Origin: a virus
Length of the DNA: 64,000 bases
Reading direction: 5' to 3' (one strand)
IMG/VR virus record: IMGVR_UViG_3300032289_001838
Span: 1-64,000 of that record
The notes below the pieces were generated by a model, which searched no databases, was not told where the DNA came from, and saw only the letters and a list, made by a program, of their open reading frames with translations. Positions 37,094-47,418 of this stretch are shown in pieces (positions within the stretch are counted from its first letter, which is position 1; each line of letters begins with the position of its first letter). The position numbers and the translations under genes are program-made.

Positions 37094-39556
37094 CTACTTG
37101 TTTTCGTATACAAACAAAACGTCGTCGTATCTGTTTTTAATATGTCTTAAATCGATAAATTTAGAATTTGGAATTTTTTGTGAGAGATTAAAAAAATAAT
37201 CATAAGCCTCCGGTGCAATATCTTCAATGACCAAAATTCCTCCTGGATTGAGCCTATCTTTAAATAACTCCCATGATTTTATTTGATGTTCTAATGTATG
37301 ACTCGCGTCATCGAGAACGACATCAAACATTATTGGTTTTAATATAGATTTGTCACAATTGCTTATATCTTTACATATTAACGTAACATTATTATCTCTA
37401 ACAAGATCGTACCGTAACTCTTGAAGTGTAATATCTATGCCATAGATACTTGATTTATTTCCAAAATATTCTTTCCAAAGCTTTATACTTCCACCATGAC
37501 AAAAGCCAATTTCCAATAGATTGATGTCTTTGTTTCTGAATTTAGAAAATAAATCTTCATATGTGTCTAGATATGAATGCAGCCAAAGTTTGTCTGTATG
37601 AAAGTTGTTTATATTTTGAATTTCGGTTAGTGTAAGTGGATTTAGTTTAACATCTTTACACGCATAAAGAAAACTGCAATTTTTGAAAAGATTATCGCCG
37701 AATTTAACAGAGTATCCTTTTTCTTTTAATTTTTCGGATAATGTCTTTACTCCTATAGATTTGTCCATGGATTCCACATCATGATATTCAATTATAAAAC
37801 TATTTACTTTATCAAAGACATCATCTTCCATATGTCCAATAAGTTCATATTCCATGCCTTCGATGTCAATTTTTATTAAATCTACTTTTTCAAGATTATG
37901 TTGCGTTAAAATTTGTTTTAATGTAATAGAATCAACGTCATAAAAATCAGATGTATTTCTCTTTGCAGAACTGACCAATGTATTATTAACGTCTAAATAT
38001 AATCTCAGTTTATCGTTATTTGTTGATACCGCTAAATTATTTAAAAATACGGAACTATTGTTTTGGTAATTTTTAGATAAACAATCAAATGCCGATTTGT
38101 TTGGTTCATAACAAAAAACTTTTTTTGCATTTTTACACAACATGTACTTAGCAAATAAACCCACATTAGCACCTATATCAATAACAACGTTTAAGTTGTC
38201 AATATTTAGACTGTTATAGATTCCCTCTACGAAGAATTCTTTATAATTCATATAAATTGGTTCTTCATTTGTAAAATCTACAATTGGTTTATTAATCGCT
38301 ATATCTCTGTACTTTATGGTTTGTTCAAATATAATATAACCATTTGAAAAAATTTGAATTAAATATCCGCCAAATGTAGGATCACTTGCGAAATGAGTAA
38401 TGTTTAATGGTAAAGGCATCATCCAAAAACTGGTATTTGGATGTGCTTTTTGGAATTTTGACGAGAAGATACAAGCTTTAGAGTCAATATCCTTAATGGA
38501 TATTAATACATTTTCTAAAATTTTGTCGCCATCGTAACTGATTGTTAATTTATTTTCTTCATCGGTTGTAATAATTTTAAATAAAGAAGAAGAAGATGAT
38601 GTAGATGGTAAAAACGATTTAATTATTTGTAAATTGTCTTCTTCGGATTGTTTTAACCAAGTTATATTCTTATATTTATCATACATACCACAATACACAG
38701 GTAGATTGTATAATACTAGAGGTAAATTCCATCCAATAGCTTCTCTAATTACCAATGGACTTGTTTCTTTATCATTAGCGGTTCCTCTAGATGTAAATAA
38801 GAAAACGTCCATTGCATTATAAAACGTATCTACGTCTTTGCGTTCTCCCCACCATTTACAATTGATGGGGAAATCCTTCATTAGTGGTTCCCAATATGAT
38901 TTAAAATTGTCAGCTTGATTTCCAATAAAATGAAATTGTACAGGATGATTTAATAGCTGTTTAGCATAACGAATTATTTCTGCTTGATTTTTTCTAGAAG
39001 TAAACAGTCCAACATTTAGAAAATGTATTTTATTGGGATCTAAATTTAGATTTTCAAGTGCGGATTTTCTATTTCCCTTCTGTTTATACTCTATAGGATA
39101 TTCTACCATCTCCATGGGTATACCAAGACTCTCAAATAACCTTTCTTGGTACTTGCTTATAATAAGCAATTTATCAGGAAAAAACATTTTTTGAGAAACG
39201 TCAAAACTACTATCATGTGATGTCTCAAATATTTTATATTTTCGATCTGACACATAAATCTGCTTAGCCACTTTTTTATCACAAAAGTATTCGGGTAATT
39301 CCTCAAAATGAATAACGTCAGGATTTATATTTTTTATATGTTCAACTAAAGTACTTTTATCTTCATATAAAGTAATTAATCTTGATCCAAGTATTTCTTT
39401 GATTTGACTACGTTGTACAACTAATACTCCTCCAGTTACATCGGTGTATTCTACGCAATAAACCTCGTTTGAATCATTAAGTTCAACTATTTTTTTAAGA
39501 AGATACTGTGGACATCCGCCTGTAGATAAATGTGGAGCTATAAATAATATTCTCAT
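37094..39556 (-). CDS. GT4 glycosyltransferase + FkbM methyltransferase + class I SAM methyltransferase fusion
   Basis: PHLSTGGCPQY, RKNQ, E.SPLVIREA; IDIGANVGLF, KIDIEG.E; LLEIG..GGS, LDDASH, LVIED. Confidence 0.88.
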   Translation of the reverse strand: MRILFIAPHLSTGGCPQYLLKKIVELNDSNEVYCVEYTDVTGGVLVVQRSQIKEILGSRLITLYEDKSTLVEHIKNINPDVIHFEELPEYFCDKKVAKQIYVSDRKYKIFETSHDSSFDVSQKMFFPDKLLIISKYQERLFESLGIPMEMVEYPIEYKQKGNRKSALENLNLDPNKIHFLNVGLFTSRKNQAEIIRYAKQLLNHPVQFHFIGNQADNFKSYWEPLMKDFPINCKWWGERKDVDTFYNAMDVFLFTSRGTANDKETSPLVIREAIGWNLPLVLYNLPVYCGMYDKYKNITWLKQSEEDNLQIIKSFLPSTSSSSSLFKIITTDEENKLTISYDGDKILENVLISIKDIDSKACIFSSKFQKAHPNTSFWMMPLPLNITHFASDPTFGGYLIQIFSNGYIIFEQTIKYRDIAINKPIVDFTNEEPIYMNYKEFFVEGIYNSLNIDNLNVVIDIGANVGLFAKYMLCKNAKKVFCYEPNKSAFDCLSKNYQNNSSVFLNNLAVSTNNDKLRLYLDVNNTLVSSAKRNTSDFYDVDSITLKQILTQHNLEKVDLIKIDIEGMEYELIGHMEDDVFDKVNSFIIEYHDVESMDKSIGVKTLSEKLKEKGYSVKFGDNLFKNCSFLYACKDVKLNPLTLTEIQNINNFHTDKLWLHSYLDTYEDLFSKFRNKDINLLEIGFCHGGSIKLWKEYFGNKSSIYGIDITLQELRYDLVRDNNVTLICKDISNCDKSILKPIMFDVVLDDASHTLEHQIKSWELFKDRLNPGGILVIEDIAPEAYDYFFNLSQKIPNSKFIDLRHIKNRYDDVLFVYENK

Positions 39557-39564
39557 ATATTCTA

Positions 39565-42500
39565 TTATTTATATACTACTTTACTAAACCCATTATCTTT
39601 TTTTATTTCGATTTGTTCGTCTACCATGTCTCGCATTTGATCTAAATGACTAATTACCCAAATAAAATCAAATTGATGTTTTAAATAACTAAATAAAGCT
39701 CCCATTTGTCCCAAATGATCACTATCTGCACAACCAAATCCTTCATCAATACAGATAATATTTGGTCTTGGCAGATTGCTAATATTGATTAATGCTACTC
39801 TAATAGCCAATCCACTAACAAATTTCTCCATACCACTAGCCATTTCTAGTGGCCAGCGTTTATCATCGTAAACTATATTAGTCATAATATTCTTACCATC
39901 TGTCTGTAGAGTGATGGTAAATTCAACAAGTTGTTGTAAAATGTTATTAACTTCTTTTTCAATTTCAGGCAATGTTTTGGTGATGATTTCATATGGAATG
40001 CCGTCTCGACTAATAATATTAGTATACAACTTATAAGCCTCGTATGAAGCTTCAAGTTCTTTAACTTTATTTAGTTGATCCGTAGTATTTTTATATTGCA
40101 ATTCCAACTTACCCTTTTCAGTGGAAGAGTTAAACAATTTATTATTGACTAATTTAATTTCCGATTCGATATTTTTAACAATAGTTTTCACTTCATTAAC
40201 ACTAACGAGTAATTTAGAATTGTTTTCAATAATATCCTTGTTCTTATAAAAAGTTTCAATGTTTTGAATTACCCCATTCAAATCATTTTGCAATCGGATC
40301 TTGAAGTTTTCATCACGTAATATTGCCGTAGACAAAACTTCCTTGATCTTTTCTAATTTAACTTTTTCGGCATCTACACGTTGACATTCTTTATAACGAG
40401 ATTCAATATCTCCAAATGAATCCAACTTAGATTTGATAACATTAAATTCTTCTACTAAGATTTTGCCCTTGTTTTTATCAAGTTCAAGTTCTTCCTTAGT
40501 TTTAATAGCATCTTTTACGAATACATTGTTTACACAATACGTACAATTAGGATCATACTTGTGTTCCTCTAACTTTTTTAACTTATCAATTTTGTTCTTA
40601 ACTACAACTTTTAACTTTTCTATTTCAGAAGACTTTTTAGCTTCATCTTCCTTACAGCTTTTATACTGATCATAATCACTTTCTATATTTTCACAACTCT
40701 TCAAAGAAGAAGATAAATCTGAAAGTTGAGTTTCAATTGATGAAAACTTAGTTTTTTTCTGGTTTATATCAGTTTCAAATGTATTGATCTTAGATTCCAA
40801 CTGTGTCTTTTCAGATTCTAATTTGGTGATATCAAAATCAAAATTAGTAGTTTTAATGATATTATTAGACAACTCCAGAAGTTTATTATTTTGATCTTCT
40901 TTCTTGACCTCTAGATCTTTTATATCACAATTATACTGTGATATATTTTTATTATTTAGATCAATGCTACCAGAAACATTTTGTAAATCTTCAATTAAAC
41001 TATCTTTGCTGATGTTCTTAAGTAGTGTATTGGTTTCCTTAAACTTATCATTTGCAATAGTGTATAACTGATCAAACACGGTTAGACCCATAAATTGACA
41101 CAATAAGTCTTTACGTTCAGTCTGACCCAAATCAATAAATGATCCAGTTTTACTATTTTGAATACTTAATACTGTAAGAATAAAATCTTCATATGTACCA
41201 ACGTAGTCGCGAATAATATCATTCGTGCTTCTACGAGCTTCTCCGTTCAATGGAACTTCTTTGTCATTTTCTTTTTTGTAGAATTTGACTTCAACTTTGA
41301 CATTTCCTTTCTTGTCTGCTTTACCTTCACGCTCAATAAAATAATCAACTCCATTTACCTCAAAATTAAACTTACAACGAAAGCTCATTTTTTGAGTATT
41401 AAGCACGTGTGATGCTTTGTAACCCTTACTGAACTTATCAAAAACACAAAATGCAAGCGCATCCATAATACTAGACTTACCACTGGCATTAGGTGCAAAT
41501 AGTCCAATTGTACCTTTCAATTTGGTAAAGTCAATTAAGTTTCCTTCACCATAACTAAACATATTATCAAATTCAAAAATCTTTGGCTTCCAACGAATAT
41601 TCTTTGGAGCTTTATCTTTTGGTATTTCCAAATTAATATTTTTATTCAACTCTTTAACTTTATAAATCAGATCAGCTGAAACACTCTTTGATAAAAGATT
41701 TTCTTCAATTAGTTTATTTTGATAGTCCACATCAAAGATATTATGGATATCAAATATTTGACCAGATTTTAAAGTCAAATCTGTTGTGGGTTCATCAATT
41801 CGATTAAATGTGGTCTCAATAATATCACACTTATTCTTAACTTCATTGATAATTTCTTTTACCTGAGATGGAATAGATTCACAACAAAGTGTACGAATGC
41901 GAACTTTCTTTGGGATGTCACTGATATCAGTTACCAACTTACCTTTATTGATTTCAATTGTATAAAAGCCATAATCATTCTTTAGTTCATAGTGTTTATA
42001 AACTTTTCTTTTTAAATCCCACATCAAAAACCCATGACCTTTAAGGTCTTCGCCATGATTCTGTTGGATCATAGATCCAGCGTATACAATTATCGGCTTA
42101 CTTTCGTTTTCATCATATTCTTGTAGGATTTGATGTTTATGAATATCACCTAACATTGCAATGTGATGTCCATCAAATAGTTCATTTGTAATAGCACGAT
42201 TACTTACAGTGTATCCAACATCAGTAACAGCGTGGTTTACTGGACCGTGGAATAACGCAATGTGATGATCGGTTTCTACACGATGTTTAGATGGAATATC
42301 CTTATATCGAATATACTTATCGGAATCATCAAATACACTGAAATTATTAAACAAGATGTTTTGATAACGATATACTTCGGTATCTTTTAGATAATAAAGA
42401 TTTGGGTGATTTAATGCCTGTACAATTGGAGTTAAACAATCTAATCTTGACTTGTTTGCTAACGTAGCATCGTGATTACCAGCTGTTAAAATTAACGGCA

Positions 42501-42750
42501 CACGATCCGCGCAACTTTTTAGAAAGTCGCTTCCAATTTTAACGCATTCAGGACTTAAATCTGATTTATTATGAAAAACATCGCCAGCAATAACTAAGAT
42601 TGCATTTAAAGTCTTAGCTTTGTCTAATGCATTATAAAATCTTTCAAATACAGATGTATACTCATCGTGTCGTTTTGTCAAACGAATATGAATATCCGCA
42701 ACATGCATCACACAATTTATTTTATCGTCGGTATTTTTTAATACGATCAT
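39565..42750 (-). CDS. Fused SbcD/Mre11 (gp47) - SbcC/Rad50 (gp46) recombination nuclease
   Basis: ADIH, GDVFH, GNHD and LGDIH phosphoesterase motifs; Walker A NASGKSS, CTYC zinc hook, SGMEK signature, IDEGFG, ISH. Confidence 0.92.
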   Translation of the reverse strand: MIVLKNTDDKINCVMHVADIHIRLTKRHDEYTSVFERFYNALDKAKTLNAILVIAGDVFHNKSDLSPECVKIGSDFLKSCADRVPLILTAGNHDATLANKSRLDCLTPIVQALNHPNLYYLKDTEVYRYQNILFNNFSVFDDSDKYIRYKDIPSKHRVETDHHIALFHGPVNHAVTDVGYTVSNRAITNELFDGHHIAMLGDIHKHQILQEYDENESKPIIVYAGSMIQQNHGEDLKGHGFLMWDLKRKVYKHYELKNDYGFYTIEINKGKLVTDISDIPKKVRIRTLCCESIPSQVKEIINEVKNKCDIIETTFNRIDEPTTDLTLKSGQIFDIHNIFDVDYQNKLIEENLLSKSVSADLIYKVKELNKNINLEIPKDKAPKNIRWKPKIFEFDNMFSYGEGNLIDFTKLKGTIGLFAPNASGKSSIMDALAFCVFDKFSKGYKASHVLNTQKMSFRCKFNFEVNGVDYFIEREGKADKKGNVKVEVKFYKKENDKEVPLNGEARRSTNDIIRDYVGTYEDFILTVLSIQNSKTGSFIDLGQTERKDLLCQFMGLTVFDQLYTIANDKFKETNTLLKNISKDSLIEDLQNVSGSIDLNNKNISQYNCDIKDLEVKKEDQNNKLLELSNNIIKTTNFDFDITKLESEKTQLESKINTFETDINQKKTKFSSIETQLSDLSSSLKSCENIESDYDQYKSCKEDEAKKSSEIEKLKVVVKNKIDKLKKLEEHKYDPNCTYCVNNVFVKDAIKTKEELELDKNKGKILVEEFNVIKSKLDSFGDIESRYKECQRVDAEKVKLEKIKEVLSTAILRDENFKIRLQNDLNGVIQNIETFYKNKDIIENNSKLLVSVNEVKTIVKNIESEIKLVNNKLFNSSTEKGKLELQYKNTTDQLNKVKELEASYEAYKLYTNIISRDGIPYEIITKTLPEIEKEVNNILQQLVEFTITLQTDGKNIMTNIVYDDKRWPLEMASGMEKFVSGLAIRVALINISNLPRPNIICIDEGFGCADSDHLGQMGALFSYLKHQFDFIWVISHLDQMRDMVDEQIEIKKDNGFSKVVYK

Positions 42751-43661
42751 AGTTTATTTGTTAATTTATATCTGTATAGTAGACTCTCATCCATTATAAC
42801 ACTGCTGCTGATGGTTTGCCAAGTTTTTATATGTCCTATTTCATTTGGATCTTTTCCGTCTAGCAAAATTAGACGAGCCTCAATATCATTAGAAATTAAA
42901 AAGTCGCAGATTTTCAAACTAGATCCCAAAGCATCATTATCCAACAAAACATTTACATATGGCGGTCTATATTCCATTAGTTTCATTTTTAACTTCCGAG
43001 ACATGGTTTTACCAAATAAAGGCACAACATTATACTTTACAGAAAGAGCATCAAATGGACCCTCAACGATAGTGATTGGTTTGGTAAAATCTGTAAACAA
43101 TTCAAATCCTATAATATCTTTACTACCATCACATAGTCTATATTTGAGTTTACTGTTATAAAAGTCTCTACCACAATAAAAATTTAAATTTCCATCTTTA
43201 TCATATGATGGCACTATTACTCTATTAGCAAATTGACCGGATGTACAATATCCGATATTGTACCGTACAATTTCATGTATACTTAAATTTCTTTTAAAAC
43301 AATAATTAAGTGCATGTTTGTATATTACATCGCCACTTGATTTACATAACGGTTTGAATTCATCTGGCAAAATGAGTGTTTTTTTCTCTTCAGAAACATA
43401 ACTCACTCTTGTCTTATTTTTACATAAAATCTGATAGTATTCGGATGAAGCTTTTAGTTTCTTAAGAAGAGATGTAAAACTCTTACCACTAAACCCACAT
43501 ACCCAGCACTGATAATATCCAGTTGTAGTATTAATGTTCAGTTTACGTTTGTGATGATTGCAGTTTGTGCAAAACACAAGTATTTCAGCGCCACCTTTTT
43601 GTACGTGTGGTTTTTGCTTAAACAACTTTGAAAGTGTTTCTATAACCGAACTATTAATCAT
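42747..43661 (-). CDS. DNA primase (gp61/DnaG-like)
   Basis: CTNC..CWVC zinc finger, RVIVPSYD, TOPRIM motifs VEGPFDAL and LDND, KDPNE. Confidence 0.9.
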   Translation of the reverse strand: MINSSVIETLSKLFKQKPHVQKGGAEILVFCTNCNHHKRKLNINTTTGYYQCWVCGFSGKSFTSLLKKLKASSEYYQILCKNKTRVSYVSEEKKTLILPDEFKPLCKSSGDVIYKHALNYCFKRNLSIHEIVRYNIGYCTSGQFANRVIVPSYDKDGNLNFYCGRDFYNSKLKYRLCDGSKDIIGFELFTDFTKPITIVEGPFDALSVKYNVVPLFGKTMSRKLKMKLMEYRPPYVNVLLDNDALGSSLKICDFLISNDIEARLILLDGKDPNEIGHIKTWQTISSSVIMDESLLYRYKLTNKL

Positions 43662-43669
43662 TTCATCTC

Positions 43670-43698
43670 AGAATAACAGATGATTTAAATAAAATCAA
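43670..43698 (-). promoter_or_regulatory. Putative sigma70 promoter for primase operon
   Basis: TTGATT-N17-TATTCT with TGn extension, 8 nt before the primase ATG. Confidence 0.55.
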
Positions 43699-43703
43699 GT
43701 CTT

Positions 43704-44213
43704 TTAATTTTTATATAAACTAGCTACCACAGCATCATACATGTCACCGTTACGTTCGTCCCAATTACCCTTTTTGTTAAGAACAGTAAATTTAATTACG
43801 TCTGGACAAAGTGATTCTAGTTCTGATTTTACAAATTGTTTTGATTTAACGCCTTTAATTCTACATTTACCAAATAACTGTTTACGCATGGTATTAACAG
43901 ATAACAGATTTACCTTGACTTTAAAGTGTTCTTCAATAATATATGAAAAGACGGCATTATGTCTAGCTAGAGTAATAATCACCTGCTGTGACGTAAAACC
44001 ACCAGCAAAACTACTTAGAGCGGCTTCTAAATTAATGACGGTAATATCTTTAATTAACGGATTCTTTTCTAATTCAGATATAACAAAATAAGTTTTTTCT
44101 TTTGTTGTTTCAAACTTTTTGGTATCAATATAACCAGCATCTAAGACTTTTCCGTCTTTACTAAATGCCCAGCCTGTTACTGATGTTGATGAATCCAATC
44201 CTAATATAACCAT
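43704..44213 (-). CDS. RuvC-like Holliday junction resolvase
   Basis: ILGLDSSTSVTGWA, INLE, RKQ and DMYDAVV motifs. Confidence 0.85.
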   Translation of the reverse strand: MVILGLDSSTSVTGWAFSKDGKVLDAGYIDTKKFETTKEKTYFVISELEKNPLIKDITVINLEAALSSFAGGFTSQQVIITLARHNAVFSYIIEEHFKVKVNLLSVNTMRKQLFGKCRIKGVKSKQFVKSELESLCPDVIKFTVLNKKGNWDERNGDMYDAVVASLYKN

Positions 44214-44225
44214 TTAGAATATATA

Positions 44226-44720
44226 TTAACGGACAAATGAACCGTTAGTATATTTGTTACTATTAAAACCTTTGACGTATCTAGATAATTCTAAACTTCT
44301 TTGACCTGCTACATCTTTGAATTGACTTGCACCTAATGGGGTTTTTAATCTAAAACCAGGATCTTTAGTATATAAAGCGTCTTGAAGTGATGCTTGACCG
44401 TTCCAGTTTGTAGAAATTTTATTTACTCCGGAAGTTAATACAGGTCCGTTGCTTGTTTTATCGCTATAATTCAAAGCTTTGCTATTAAAGTTTTCTGTAC
44501 CTGTATTAGCTCCAACTTTAAATCCAGGATTAACGGTATAATCTACTGACTTCTGAGTAAATCCATATGGAGCACTAACACCCTTGATCATAGTGTTAGA
44601 TCCAGCATCATATGCTGAAAATGCTCCTCCTGCTGGAGATTTAGAAAGATAAAGATCTCCTAATCCTTTAGCTAATGATGTACGATTAATTTTTGAAGTA
44701 TCTGAAGCGATTGTTGCCAT
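44226..44720 (-). CDS. Hypothetical (likely virion) protein
   Basis: 164-aa G/S/T/N-rich ORF; TATTTATT upstream. Confidence 0.65.
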   Translation of the reverse strand: MATIASDTSKINRTSLAKGLGDLYLSKSPAGGAFSAYDAGSNTMIKGVSAPYGFTQKSVDYTVNPGFKVGANTGTENFNSKALNYSDKTSNGPVLTSGVNKISTNWNGQASLQDALYTKDPGFRLKTPLGASQFKDVAGQRSLELSRYVKGFNSNKYTNGSFVR

Positions 44721-44746
44721 AAATGTCTATTTTATAATAAATATAA

Positions 44747-47407
44747 TTAAGTGTCCCATTTAACCACAATATTAATAGGAATCTCGCCAGTATTTTTGAT
44801 TGGTTGAGCTAATTTAGCTATAGCGACCAATTCCGCACCACTATATAATCCAACTGATGTTATATATGGAGCCAAATAAGATCCAGTTGGATCCAACGAA
44901 CTACTATAGTTATATCCAAAAAATTCTTGTTTTACAAATTTTTTGATCAACTTCCCTGTTTTCTGGTCCAAGAAAGAAACCATGTCATTGTAATTATTAC
45001 GTCTGCAACGCGGATTCAAATAATTCTGATAATTATTTATCGTAAAATCCTGAATAAAATACTTCCAAATAATTGTTCCGTCTTGATAGTTAGCCGTGCC
45101 ATCGCCATTGACATCAAAGTTCAACGTACTACATTTAGATTTTAATTCGTTTGTTAATCTATTTGCTTGATAATTTGTATAAGACGAAGAGTAAAAGTTG
45201 AAAATCGACTCGTCGATATCACCGGACACAAAATTATCCCACCATTTTTCTGAGTTATTAACCGTAATTCTGGTATTAATGTATCTTAGAATTATATCCA
45301 AGTTATCAAAATTAAATGTCTCAGTATTAATAACTCCGTAATCAAATGCGGATGATGTGATAGCAGTTGGATTTGTTGAAACATTGAATTCGCCTGGCTC
45401 TACGCTACAGATATATTGCTTTTCATGCAATGTTATCTGACTGTTATATTTCATATACAAATAGGTATTATTTGTATCGGTTGGATCAAGTGTTAAGTTG
45501 TTTAATATGCTTCCTGTATTATTTATTATCAACTTATTATTGTTATAAAATACATTTCCAACATTAAAATTTGTTTGTAAGTCAGACATGTCATAAATGT
45601 ATGATTTACCGAATATTTTACTAGCTGCATATGAGTATTCTCCTTGTTCGTCAACAAATACTATCAGATTATCACATGCACCTGAAAATGCACCTGAAAT
45701 AGGCACCGATCCATCACAACTCAGACAGTCTTCCATCTGTAAATAAACAAAACTAGAAGTGATATAACAATCGTCACTTTGATATGATGATGTACGGAGA
45801 TACGTTAAATCAGATTTACTGCCTGATTCAGTTATCAACGGAGCGGATAAATAGAAATCGTCGTTCAACGGAATTGGCGATCCAACTACTAAATTTGTAT
45901 CTGAGACTGATACTGAATAACCATAAGCTGTAAATGGTTTTCCTATTTCTTTTCGTTTCGATATAGGATCAGTTGTCATTTGATTAATCAAAGAAGAACC
46001 GAATATTTTTCCGTTTACAATCGACTCTGTTACTTTATAAAGTAACGTTTGTCCACAATATGTTGATTCTCCAAAGTCATATTGATTGAACGTTTTATCA
46101 TAATAATTTATAGAATTAGAAATGAATAACGAACTAAATGGAAAATACGGTTTTGGAGATCCAATCAATATTTTTTTATTATAAACAGAAACAGAATATC
46201 CAAACAAATTATCTTTAAATGTTACGTCGTCTCCATATAATTTATTCAATAATTGAAATCCACTGTTAACGTCATCTGGACACTGTTGGTTGTTATACAC
46301 ATAAACAGAACCACGTTGTCTCAAAACATTTGATCCTGAGTACTCCCAATAAACCAAATCATTTGGAGCGCCTACGGCTAAAATCGTATCGTATAATGAA
46401 ACGGAATATCCATATCTACTATTAACTTGACTTCCACTTGGAATTAATTCAAAATTCGTATTTTGTATAGTACAATACTGTGAACTTGTGTTCTGAGATA
46501 ATACTTGACTTAATTTCCAATTATTTAAAGATCCTGAATTAAAAAATAAATAGACATTAGATTGAGATAGTTGATTGCTTCCAACTACTAATGTATTTTC
46601 ATTTTTTTTGTCTAAACAAATTGAATATCCAAATCCATATTGATGTGGATAATTAACGACACTACAACTTAATATTTTTTGAAGAGAATATGTACAATCA
46701 GCGTCTGTATATTTATATATGTAAACTGCTCCACGACCGTTATTATAATAAGGAGATCCAACGGCTAAATAATTATTGGTGATAGATACTGATCCTCCGA
46801 ATTTATCTTTAATTGATCCTGTGATAGTACAAATCGGCACATCACTTATGTGATATTGATCAACGGGTACTGAATTCTCCGGCGAATCGGCAATAATTCC
46901 TTTAGTATTATCAAATGTGTAATTAGGATTGATTTTAAATATGTCTACACATGCAAAATTATTTGAATTGCCCAAGTAATAACTAGATGACACTCCTGTA
47001 TCCCCGACTGCTAAAAAGTATGTAGATAAATCAATAGCAGATCCATAATTAGATTGATTTACTTTTAAGTTAGCTGTTTCTACAACTATAAAATTACAAT
47101 TGGATAGAGTGGCATTTTTAGATCCGCTTTCAATTATAAAAGACGCGGTTAATGCTGCACTAGAACTTTGTTCCGTGTAATATGGAACTAATGCTCCATT
47201 TTCTGGAAAAATTGTTTTCTTTAATATTCCGGCTATAGAATAGTTTGTTTTAAAATTATCTTTTTTAATCAAAAAAACTTGTCCTATTTTACTAAAACCT
47301 TCACATGCAGTATATGTGTCCGATGGAGGATTGCCTACCGCAATAAGATCTCCATTGGTAGTTACTACACTGCCGTAATTTTGGTTATATATATTTTCCA
47401 AATTCAT
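44747..47407 (-). CDS. Baseplate/tail protein with FG-GAP beta-propeller repeats
   Basis: Repeated (F/Y)GYSVS..LAVG(S/A)P..G.VY units, DVNGDG loop, C-terminal YITSVGLY..ELVAIAKL..PI domain. Confidence 0.8.
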   Translation of the reverse strand: MNLENIYNQNYGSVVTTNGDLIAVGNPPSDTYTACEGFSKIGQVFLIKKDNFKTNYSIAGILKKTIFPENGALVPYYTEQSSSAALTASFIIESGSKNATLSNCNFIVVETANLKVNQSNYGSAIDLSTYFLAVGDTGVSSSYYLGNSNNFACVDIFKINPNYTFDNTKGIIADSPENSVPVDQYHISDVPICTITGSIKDKFGGSVSITNNYLAVGSPYYNNGRGAVYIYKYTDADCTYSLQKILSCSVVNYPHQYGFGYSICLDKKNENTLVVGSNQLSQSNVYLFFNSGSLNNWKLSQVLSQNTSSQYCTIQNTNFELIPSGSQVNSRYGYSVSLYDTILAVGAPNDLVYWEYSGSNVLRQRGSVYVYNNQQCPDDVNSGFQLLNKLYGDDVTFKDNLFGYSVSVYNKKILIGSPKPYFPFSSLFISNSINYYDKTFNQYDFGESTYCGQTLLYKVTESIVNGKIFGSSLINQMTTDPISKRKEIGKPFTAYGYSVSVSDTNLVVGSPIPLNDDFYLSAPLITESGSKSDLTYLRTSSYQSDDCYITSSFVYLQMEDCLSCDGSVPISGAFSGACDNLIVFVDEQGEYSYAASKIFGKSYIYDMSDLQTNFNVGNVFYNNNKLIINNTGSILNNLTLDPTDTNNTYLYMKYNSQITLHEKQYICSVEPGEFNVSTNPTAITSSAFDYGVINTETFNFDNLDIILRYINTRITVNNSEKWWDNFVSGDIDESIFNFYSSSYTNYQANRLTNELKSKCSTLNFDVNGDGTANYQDGTIIWKYFIQDFTINNYQNYLNPRCRRNNYNDMVSFLDQKTGKLIKKFVKQEFFGYNYSSSLDPTGSYLAPYITSVGLYSGAELVAIAKLAQPIKNTGEIPINIVVKWDT

Positions 47408-47418
47408 ACTTTATATAC

